Part shown: in pieces, positions 9,178 through 15,934 of the stretch
Layout: the number at the start of each line of letters is the position of its first letter
Position numbering within the stretch: position 1 is the first letter of the stretch
NCBI GenBank assembly: GCA_017441945.1
Contig: JAFSBG010000165.1
Coordinates: forward strand, 1,214 to 65,213
Length of the DNA: 64,000 nt
Direction: 5' to 3'
DNA from: Clostridia bacterium
GTDB lineage: Bacteria; Bacillota; Clostridia; Oscillospirales; Butyricicoccaceae
The notes under the pieces: model-generated
The model's input: only the letters and a program-made list of their open reading frames with translations
The model's database searches: none
Told to the model about the DNA's origin: nothing
Position numbers and translations under genes: made by a program

Positions 9178-10449
9178 ATGAATATTCATCTTAAAATACA
9201 GGAGCTTCGCAAGAATGCAGGGCTTTCTCAGGAGGCTCTTGCCGAGCAGCTTGGTGTTTCCCGTCAGGCGGTTTCCAAATGGGAGTCGGGCATAAATATT
9301 CCCGACATCGACAAGATCATCGCCATCTCAAAAATCTTCGGAGTTTCCCTTTCTGAGCTTCTCACGGGAGAAAAGGAGGAGACTTCGGCGGCTGAAACTG
9401 CACCTGAATCTGCCCCTGTCCCCGACGAAAAATATGAGGAGCTTTTGCAGCAGCATCTTATGCAGGTCGATGCCATGCTCAAAGAATCGGGCAGAAAAAA
9501 GCGCTCGGGCTGGAGCATTGCTTTCCGAATTATTGCGGCGGTCGTCGCCTGCTATCTGGTGCTTTTCTATGTCGACAAGCTTCAGCGTATGGAAAACAAT
9601 ATAAATAATCTCCAGAGCAATGTGGGCAATATCCGCACCGACATAAATCATCAGATTTATTCTATCCAGAAGGAGATTTCCGAAAGTTTAAAGAAGGAAT
9701 ACGGTCTTATCAGCGACTATACTCTCGACTACCGCGATATGGATTTCCCTCGCCGCACAGTTGTGCTTGATATTTCGGCTTCGCCGAGACTCTGGAATGA
9801 GGGGGACAGCATGGCTTTTATTGTTGAAACCGACGGCGAGCAGATTTCCTGCGAGGGAATTTACAACAACGGCACGGTTTATGCCGAGATTGAGGTGCCT
9901 CTCTCGGACAATATTCAGGTTTCGGCGCTTATCACCAATGGCGGCACTGTAAAGCAGGAGAAGATAGACGAACTTCACGAGCTTCTCAGTATGCATCTGC
10001 TTGAAGTGGACGGTCACGGCTCGATTCGCTCGTCACGCGTACTTGGTGATGACAAGCTGACGATGTCGGGCGATATTTCTGTTTATGTCCACAGCAGGCT
10101 TTATGACGAAAGTCAGCCTGTTTTGTCGCGCATAAAGTCGGCAACTTTTGAGCTTATTGAAAACGGCAAGGCGACACAGACTGTCGACCTGATGAAAGAT
10201 TGTCTAGACAATACTTTCGCCGGCGTTATTGACAATGTCCGCATTGATTTTGATTATACTGTAGGCACGATTGAACGCACCATGAAGGTGGGTGACACTT
10301 ATGAATTTGTGGCTACAATCGTCGACAGCAACGATGTCACTTACAAGGGCATTCTTGAAAGCATTATGGTGACAGATGACCTCTCTGTCGAGCACAACAA
10401 GCGCGACTACGGCGAATTTGAAGTGACTTTGCCGGAGAAAGTTGAGTAA
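9178..10449 (+). CDS. membrane-anchored XRE-family (HTH_3) transcriptional regulator, paralogue B
   Basis: ATG 9178 lies 8 nt after AAGGAGG. MNIHLKIQELRKNAGLSQEALAEQLGVSRQAVSKWESG, one TM and an extracytoplasmic domain colinear with 5243-6493. Confidence 0.8.
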   Translation: MNIHLKIQELRKNAGLSQEALAEQLGVSRQAVSKWESGINIPDIDKIIAISKIFGVSLSELLTGEKEETSAAETAPESAPVPDEKYEELLQQHLMQVDAMLKESGRKKRSGWSIAFRIIAAVVACYLVLFYVDKLQRMENNINNLQSNVGNIRTDINHQIYSIQKEISESLKKEYGLISDYTLDYRDMDFPRRTVVLDISASPRLWNEGDSMAFIVETDGEQISCEGIYNNGTVYAEIEVPLSDNIQVSALITNGGTVKQEKIDELHELLSMHLLEVDGHGSIRSSRVLGDDKLTMSGDISVYVHSRLYDESQPVLSRIKSATFELIENGKATQTVDLMKDCLDNTFAGVIDNVRIDFDYTVGTIERTMKVGDTYEFVATIVDSNDVTYKGILESIMVTDDLSVEHNKRDYGEFEVTLPEKVE

Positions 10450-10450
10450 T

Positions 10451-10945
10451 ATGACATTACCAAACCGAAAAAGCACAAGGCTGCCAGGATTTGATTACAG
10501 CAGCGCTAACACTTATTTCGTCACGCTGTGCACCAGAAACAAAGAAAAGATTTTATCTGAGATAACCGTAGGGAATGGCGTCCTCGACATTCCGCAGATA
10601 AAACTTTCTGCTTTCGGGAAAATTGCCGAAAAGTATATTTTACAGCTGAACGATTTTTATGGTCATATTTCGGTTGAAAATTATATTATAATGCCTAACC
10701 ATATTCATCTTCTTATACGGATAGATAATGCCTGCGGTGCGTCGGGGACGCCGCACCCTACAAATATGGAGCTTCCGAAGTTTATTTCCACATTCAAGCG
10801 TTTCTACAATAAAGAATATGGTTTTAATATCTGGCAGACTTCCTATCATGACCACATCGTCCGAAACGAAGATGATTACAATAAAATATGGCAATATATC
10901 GAAAATAATCATTTAAAATGGACTGACGATATTTATTTTGAATAG
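10451..10945 (+). CDS. REP-associated tyrosine transposase (RAYT; IS200-like Y1/HUH single-domain transposase)
   Basis: 164 aa: LPGFDYSSANTYFVTLCTRNK, HUH motif MPNHIHLLI, catalytic Tyr block WQTSYHDHIVRNEDDY. There is no TnpB or IS end. REP clusters follow immediately downstream. ATG 10451 is preferred over the overlapping TTG at 10442. Confidence 0.85.
   Translation: MTLPNRKSTRLPGFDYSSANTYFVTLCTRNKEKILSEITVGNGVLDIPQIKLSAFGKIAEKYILQLNDFYGHISVENYIIMPNHIHLLIRIDNACGASGTPHPTNMELPKFISTFKRFYNKEYGFNIWQTSYHDHIVRNEDDYNKIWQYIENNHLKWTDDIYFE
10568..10594 (+). repeat. REP hairpin embedded in frame in the RAYT CDS (GTAG head)
   Basis: GTAGGGAATGGCGTCCTCGACATTCCG, translated VGNGVLDIP. It differs at 1 position by eye from the intergenic copy at 44602-44628. 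Stem GGAATG/CATTCC, loop GCGTCCTCGA. Confidence 0.85.
10734..10761 (-). repeat. second, inverted REP hairpin embedded in frame in the RAYT CDS (CCCTAC tail)
   Basis: GCGGTGCGTCGGGGACGCCGCACCCTAC, translated (C)GASGTPHPT. It has the same loop TCGGGGACGC and CCCTAC tail as the copies at 57460 and 58471, but a private compensated stem GGTGCG/CGCACC. Confidence 0.85.
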
Positions 10946-10948
10946 CAA

Positions 10949-10978
10949 AAAGCACCCTGATGGGTGCTTTTTATTTTG
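10949..10978 (+). terminator. rho-independent terminator after RAYT
   Basis: AAGCACCC-TGAT-GGGTGCTT followed by TTTATTTT. Confidence 0.75.
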
Positions 10979-10984
10979 CGTTTG

Positions 10985-11245
10985 ATTTTGTGGGAGGGCA
11001 CAGAGACCCTCCCCTACGGATATTGACCACGAAAGAACAGTTGTAGGGGCGGTTGCTTTCCGCTCCCGTGAAATATCCCCCCTGTCCTGCGGACATCCCC
11101 CCTTTAGGCAAGGGGGGCTATTAAAGAGATGTCTCCGACGGATTAAATAGGAGTCACTCCCTCAGTCAGCCTTACGGCTGCCAGCTCCCTCGTCTGAGGG
11201 AGCCAAGCGTCTTGTACGTAGGGGCGAGCATTGCTCGTCTGCTTT
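10985..11245. repeat. intergenic hairpin mosaic C (REP cluster flanking RAYT)
   Basis: REP 10992-11017 (GGGAGGGCACAGAGACCCTCCCCTAC), linker TTGACCACGAAAGAACAGTT, then REP 11043-11069 (GTAGGGGCGGTTGCTTTCCGCTCCCG). Also the GTCTCCGACGGATTAAATAGG module, the CTCCCTCGTCTGAGGGAG module, and REP 11218-11240 (GTAGGGGCGAGCATTGCTCGTC). Confidence 0.85.
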
Positions 11246-11249
11246 TTTA

Positions 11250-11531
11250 TTACGCCAGTATGATTTCCTTTAGTTTCAGCAGGTTATTGCCGCTGATATT
11301 GAGGAAAAACGGGGTGTTTGCAGGGATTCCGCCGTCATAAGTGCCGCAATACTGGAGAAACTCCGCTGCCGAGCTTGTTTCATAGAACAAATCGGCGTCA
11401 GGCTCTGTAAACTGACGATTCCAGTCGACAAACTCGAAAACCGCACCCGAAACCTTGAGTGAAATGCTTTCCTCGGTTTCGTTGTGGATATAATATCCGC
11501 TCGGCAGGTCGAGCACAGGGTCGAGCTCAAG
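11250..11531 (-). pseudogene. 3' remnant of a resident gene truncated by island insertion
   Basis: The minus-strand frame is open from the stop at 11250 up to a TAA at ~11532-11534 with no ATG (the ORF track begins at a GTG). G+C is about 48%, like the core genome. G+C collapses immediately beyond 11531. Confidence 0.5.
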
Positions 11532-11569
11532 TTACCATATTTTTCATAAAAAGATCCATCATGATCTTC

Positions 11570-11598
11570 TTGACTTTTTTATATATTTGTGTTAATAT
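11570..11598 (+). promoter_or_regulatory. candidate sigma-70-type promoter of the radical SAM gene
   Basis: TTGACT-17 nt-TAATAT, about 50 nt upstream of ATG 11648. It is bracketed by the palindromes AAGATC-N6-GATCTT (11551-11568) and AAGAT-N7-ATCTT (~11605-11621). Confidence 0.45.
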
Positions 11599-11647
11599 CT
11601 AATCAAAAGATCGAACATATCTTCTAAATAAAAGTGGAGGTTTATTT

Positions 11648-12862
11648 ATGAAAATTGGTATTATCGATGCTGATCTTCTCGACAATGGCACCCGACATCC
11701 AAACTTGGCCTGTGAAAAAATCAGCGGCTTTTACAAGGATCAGGGTAATGATGTAAAACTTATTACAAACTATAATGAAGTAGATGATTACGATAAAGTC
11801 TTTATAAGTAAGGTATTTGATTTTACAAAAGTCCCTATTGATGTATTTGATAAAAAAAGATACCCTCATATAGAGCTTGGTGGTACAGGATTCTTTTGGA
11901 GAGATTCACCTGATCTTCCTTATGAAATCGAACATCATATGCCGGACTATCATTTATATGATGAGTTTATCGGACAAGAAATCGCTCGTGGCATTAAGCC
12001 ATTGAAGTTTAAAGATTACATAGATTATTCTATTGGATTTACAACTCGTGGCTGTTTCAGAAAATGCTCTTTCTGTGTAAACGAAAAGTTTGATCATGTT
12101 TTCAGACACGCACATGTTGAAGAATTTTTGGATAAAACACGTAAATGCATTTATCTTTGGGATGATAATGTTCTTGGATATGCAAAATGGCGTGAAGTTT
12201 TTGATGAACTTAACGAGACAGGAAAGCCTTTCCAGTTCAGACAAGGCTTGGATATGCGTTTAATGACAGAAGAAAAGGCAAAAGTTTTGTCTTCTTCAAA
12301 ATATCATGGCGACTATATTTTCGCTTTCGACCATATTGAAGAACGTGATATTATTGAAGAAAAACTTAAAATCTGGCAGAAACACAGTTCACAGATTGCA
12401 AAATTGTATGTTTTGTGTGGTTATGATTCACAGGACGAGGTAGATATCGCAAACACATTCGAACGTGTTAAGATCCTTATGAAACATCATTGTCTTCCAT
12501 ACATCATGCGTCACGAATACTATTTGAAATCCAAGTACCGTGGTATATATGTAACACTTGCAAGATGGTGCAATCAGCCAAGCTTCTTCAAGAAAAAATC
12601 TTTCCGTGAATACTGTGAAGCAAATCAGGAATATCATAAGAACCCTAACACATTGTGTGCAGCTCTTTCTACAATGCGTGAATTTGAACACGATCATCCG
12701 GATATTGCAGCTAAATATTTCGATATGAAATGGGATTATCTTGGCGAAACACCTACGCAGGAATCTGACGATTTTAATGATGAACGCGAATGGAAGGACG
12801 ATTGGCAGATGGACACACCTGCTAATAATTATATCCATAATGTTGAAGGTAAGGTAAAGTAA
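11648..12862 (+). CDS. radical SAM protein (COG1032-like, Rossmann/B12-binding-like N-domain)
   Basis: 404 aa with RBS GGAGG. The CxxxCxxC cluster motif is GFTTRGCFRKCSFCV (Cys136/140/143, nt 12053-12076). Downstream blocks LWDDNVLG, FRQGLDMRL and LCGYDSQDE. Low G+C. Confidence 0.75.
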   Translation: MKIGIIDADLLDNGTRHPNLACEKISGFYKDQGNDVKLITNYNEVDDYDKVFISKVFDFTKVPIDVFDKKRYPHIELGGTGFFWRDSPDLPYEIEHHMPDYHLYDEFIGQEIARGIKPLKFKDYIDYSIGFTTRGCFRKCSFCVNEKFDHVFRHAHVEEFLDKTRKCIYLWDDNVLGYAKWREVFDELNETGKPFQFRQGLDMRLMTEEKAKVLSSSKYHGDYIFAFDHIEERDIIEEKLKIWQKHSSQIAKLYVLCGYDSQDEVDIANTFERVKILMKHHCLPYIMRHEYYLKSKYRGIYVTLARWCNQPSFFKKKSFREYCEANQEYHKNPNTLCAALSTMREFEHDHPDIAAKYFDMKWDYLGETPTQESDDFNDEREWKDDWQMDTPANNYIHNVEGKVK

Positions 12863-12870
12863 AACAATTA

Positions 12871-12901
12871 AAAAGGACTTCCAATTAAGGAAGTCCTTTT
12901 T
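12871..12901. terminator. bidirectional terminator between convergent island genes
   Basis: AAAAGGACTTCC-AATTAA-GGAAGTCCTTTT, with an A-run on one side and a T-run on the other. Confidence 0.75.
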
Positions 12902-12902
12902 A

Positions 12903-14015
12903 CTATACATTTTTCAGAATCATTTGCAATTCTTCCTCTGTACAAATAGCACTGATATATGAAAATAGTTCTCTTAATGCACCTGCTTTCCTCTGTAATG
13001 TACTACGTGTTGCACCTGCACAATTAGCTACCAGAAATTCAAGCAAATCAAAGTCTGGATCTTCTATACTATGTCTCATTATAGATACAACAATAGACTT
13101 ATCAAAAAATACATCTTTTATAATTTTATTTCTATCCTCATTTTCCATTTTCAAATAAGTCTTACCCAATTTGCTTATTTTTATTAGTTTTCCACTATTA
13201 GAATCCTCAATACTAGCAAAATTAAGAAAAGCCGCAAACTTTCCTTTTTCCTCACCAAATTTACGATTTGCACCATCAGTTGTTGATTCGCTATTACTAA
13301 AAATTGTTCTCAGTTTTCTCCCTAAATCTAAATATGAAATTCCGTCCTCATATTCACTTATAATTTTCAAAGTAGAAGGCAAATGCACCAATGTACCAAC
13401 AGGAGGAATATCTTCTAGGCTGAATGTCTGTATTTTAGGAATATCACCCATTGTTTCATCGTCTGATCTTAATAAATAATTTAATAATCCGATTTCTTCA
13501 CAATCTGAGTTTTCATCCTGACTATCTTTAATTACACTTTCATCAAATATGGTTTTTTTACCAAATTTATATCTTTTTCTCGTAATTTTCTGCAAAGTGT
13601 CTTTATCTGAATATTCTGTCTCTATATAAGTTATGTATGCTAACTCTAATTCATCATAAAAATCTTCTAGATTCTCTCCTTGTTTCCAAATATGGGAAAA
13701 ATATTTAATAAATTGAGAGATTATATACGGGTCATTTGTAGAAATACCTCCCTCAAAGTTTTCTTTTCCAGAAATAACAAACATACCGTTATTAGTAAGA
13801 TTCCCACTTGTTATCAATAAATGTCTTTCATCAACAAGATATGCCTTCATATGAAGATTTGTAACTCTTTTAACATTGTTAATATCAAACTTCTTAATTG
13901 AAAGTAAGGAATCAAAAATGGAAATGTCCGAACTTTTTTGGTATGTAAACTCACCTACATTTCCTCTAATAAGAACTTTCAAGTCGAACTCGCTTCGCTC
14001 ATCAATATTGTACAA
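12903..14015 (-). CDS. single-HKD phospholipase D-family nuclease with C-terminal non-catalytic domain (BfiI/Nuc-like layout); N-terminus probably disrupted
   Basis: HKD motif HMKAYLVDERHLLITSGNLTNNG. The ORF-track start is a TTG. The same frame stays open and PLD-like (SLVICSPYVKKDALDKL) up to a TAA at 14118-14120. That TAA is preceded by an ATG-initiated 12-codon stub (see findings). Confidence 0.7.
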   Translation of the reverse strand: MYNIDERSEFDLKVLIRGNVGEFTYQKSSDISIFDSLLSIKKFDINNVKRVTNLHMKAYLVDERHLLITSGNLTNNGMFVISGKENFEGGISTNDPYIISQFIKYFSHIWKQGENLEDFYDELELAYITYIETEYSDKDTLQKITRKRYKFGKKTIFDESVIKDSQDENSDCEEIGLLNYLLRSDDETMGDIPKIQTFSLEDIPPVGTLVHLPSTLKIISEYEDGISYLDLGRKLRTIFSNSESTTDGANRKFGEEKGKFAAFLNFASIEDSNSGKLIKISKLGKTYLKMENEDRNKIIKDVFFDKSIVVSIMRHSIEDPDFDLLEFLVANCAGATRSTLQRKAGALRELFSYISAICTEEELQMILKNV

Positions 14016-14148
14016 AGAAATTAATTTATCAAGTGCATCTTTTTTTACATAAGGCGAACATATTACAAGACTTTTTTGAGGATAATGTTTCTTAAACCAA
14101 TTATCAAAAATTTGAGATTAAACAAATGTATAATTCAAATAAAAATAT

Positions 14149-14643
14149 TTATTCATGTACATATCCTAATTCTTTCAGTTGATCTGGAATTTTCTGTCCT
14201 GTTGCTATTGGGAACCAATTCAATCCCAATTCTATGTAGCAACGTTGTCTGAAAAGATTATTTGGGTCTTTAAGTACTCTCTTCTTATTTTCATCTTCAT
14301 CAAAAGTAAGTTCAATGCCATAACCTGACATCAAGAGTTTAGACTTCATATCATCTCTTATTTTTGGCCCTGCAAAGGCAATAATTGCAGGGATTGGCGC
14401 TGATATACAATCATCAAGTGCGTATGATAACTTTTCATACGCTGTACCATCAGTAAACTGTACTTTACATTCAACACCAATATATTTATTATTATCTTTA
14501 TTTCTAACTACTATATCAAGTCTGCGCGGAGTTCCCATAAATCTGGCTCCAACATTTACCTCTACCATAGCTTCAAGATTTTCACCCCAGCTATTTATGT
14601 AATTTACTATTTCGTTTTTGAAATCATCAGCTGCACCTGCCAT
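14149..14643 (-). CDS. PD-(D/E)XK-fold nuclease (restriction endonuclease-like)
   Basis: ATG 14643 lies 7 nt after AAGGAGG. The core is GTPRRLDIVVRNKDNNKYIGVECKVQ, giving D...E-x-K. 164 aa, low G+C, and upstream of and coupled to the PLD gene. Confidence 0.65.
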   Translation of the reverse strand: MAGAADDFKNEIVNYINSWGENLEAMVEVNVGARFMGTPRRLDIVVRNKDNNKYIGVECKVQFTDGTAYEKLSYALDDCISAPIPAIIAFAGPKIRDDMKSKLLMSGYGIELTFDEDENKKRVLKDPNNLFRQRCYIELGLNWFPIATGQKIPDQLKELGYVHE

Positions 14644-14722
14644 ATTTGAAACCTCCTTATAAACTATAATCACCTTATATCACAATGGTAGACATTTGTC
14701 AACTATATTTTCAGACAAAATT

Positions 14723-14750
14723 AAACCCCTGATTTTCTCAGGGGTTTTGT
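14723..14750 (-). terminator. terminator of the M24 peptidase operon
   Basis: AAACCCCTGA-TTTTC-TCAGGGGTTT. The T-run is on the minus strand. Confidence 0.7.
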
Positions 14751-14752
14751 TG

Positions 14753-15934
14753 TTATATAACGAGGATTTCTTTCTGTACAGGGCCATAGACCGCGAGTTT
14801 TTTGTCCTTTGTGATGTGGACGTCATATTCAAGGCGGACACCGATTTTTTCGGTATAGATTCCCGGCTCGACAGAGAACATCGTGCAAGGAAGAAGTGTG
14901 CGGACGTCGTGAGTTTCAAAATCGTCGAGATTTGCGCCGATGCCGTGACATTCGTGGCCGATATTGTGGCCTGTACGGTGCATAAGATACTTATCCACGC
15001 CTTTTTCAGCGAAAAACGCCTGCAGACACGCATCGACATCACAGCCGCGAATCGGCTTGTTTTCGTCAAGATGAGTCTGTATCATATCCCACGCAAGCTG
15101 GCGGGCTTCGTTGACCATATCGAATATGCGCTGATACTCAGGGTCGATTTCCTCGCCCACATTCATGCACCACGAAACATCGTAATAGACGGCATTTTCC
15201 TTTGGAAGTCTGCCCGAAATGTCGATAATAATGCGGCTGCCCTCTTTTATCTGATAAGAGCCATGCTCCTCAGGCTCATAGCCCGGGTCGCTTGCATGGT
15301 CGTCTACGCCGAAAAACGGAGGGTCCATGTGGATAGGCTCATTGGCGATAAGCTGATTCATCTTCTGAAGCATAGCCCATTCGTCGATATATTCGCCCTT
15401 GTCGACGCTTTCTCTTATCCACTTAAAGGTGTTGTCGAGGATGCGGTGAATGATAACGCCTGCCTGACGGTGGCTTTCTATCTGCTCGTCGGTGAGGACT
15501 GCGCCGAAATACTGCATAAGGTCTGCCGAGCAAATAAGCTCGACACCGAAAGATTTTATGTACTCGACGAGACCGCCGTCCATTGTGGAAACTGTCGGCA
15601 CATTGCCATTTGGCGAATACTGGCAAGCGATTTTCATGCCCGGTTTAAAGACCTGTGAAAGCACATTTTTCTGCCCTTTTATGCCTGTGTAGAGCAGTTT
15701 TTCCCCTGGAAGATGGTCTAAAAGAAGAGGCTCGATGGCCGAAAGGATTTTCTTCGGCTCGCCCTGCTTTGGAATGAGATAGAAAAGTCTGCGGGTGCAA
15801 GCTCTGCCGCGAAGGGCGAGAAAATCCTTGGTTATATGGTCGTGGCCGTGATAATCTGTGAAAAGCCAGCCGTCAAGGTCATACTCGGCGAGAAGCTGCT
15901 GTATTTTTGCGATTTTTTCTGTCATAATTGCCAC
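14753..15934 (-). CDS. M24 family metallopeptidase (Xaa-Pro aminopeptidase/dipeptidase-like)
   Basis: 393 aa with a creatinase-like N-domain and a pita-bread C-domain. Metal-ligand blocks: DISGR.., HRTGHNIGHECHG, FSVEPGIY, GVRLEYDV. Confidence 0.85.
   Translation of the reverse strand: MAIMTEKIAKIQQLLAEYDLDGWLFTDYHGHDHITKDFLALRGRACTRRLFYLIPKQGEPKKILSAIEPLLLDHLPGEKLLYTGIKGQKNVLSQVFKPGMKIACQYSPNGNVPTVSTMDGGLVEYIKSFGVELICSADLMQYFGAVLTDEQIESHRQAGVIIHRILDNTFKWIRESVDKGEYIDEWAMLQKMNQLIANEPIHMDPPFFGVDDHASDPGYEPEEHGSYQIKEGSRIIIDISGRLPKENAVYYDVSWCMNVGEEIDPEYQRIFDMVNEARQLAWDMIQTHLDENKPIRGCDVDACLQAFFAEKGVDKYLMHRTGHNIGHECHGIGANLDDFETHDVRTLLPCTMFSVEPGIYTEKIGVRLEYDVHITKDKKLAVYGPVQKEILVI

Larger units (their letters stand above)
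11531..14715. other. low-G+C genomic island (radical SAM + two nucleases)
   Basis: Spot G+C counts are 38% (11641-11700) and 20% (13081-13140). Flanks are 48% (11281-11340) and 53% (15001-15060). The left edge truncates an ORF. The right edge abuts the terminator of the M24 peptidase gene. Confidence 0.7.

Noticed and set aside
10451-10945. IS200/IS605 insertion sequence
   Set aside because: It is a single Y1 gene without tnpB and without subterminal IS hairpin ends. It is single copy in the window and adjacent to REP clusters. This fits a domesticated RAYT rather than an IS.
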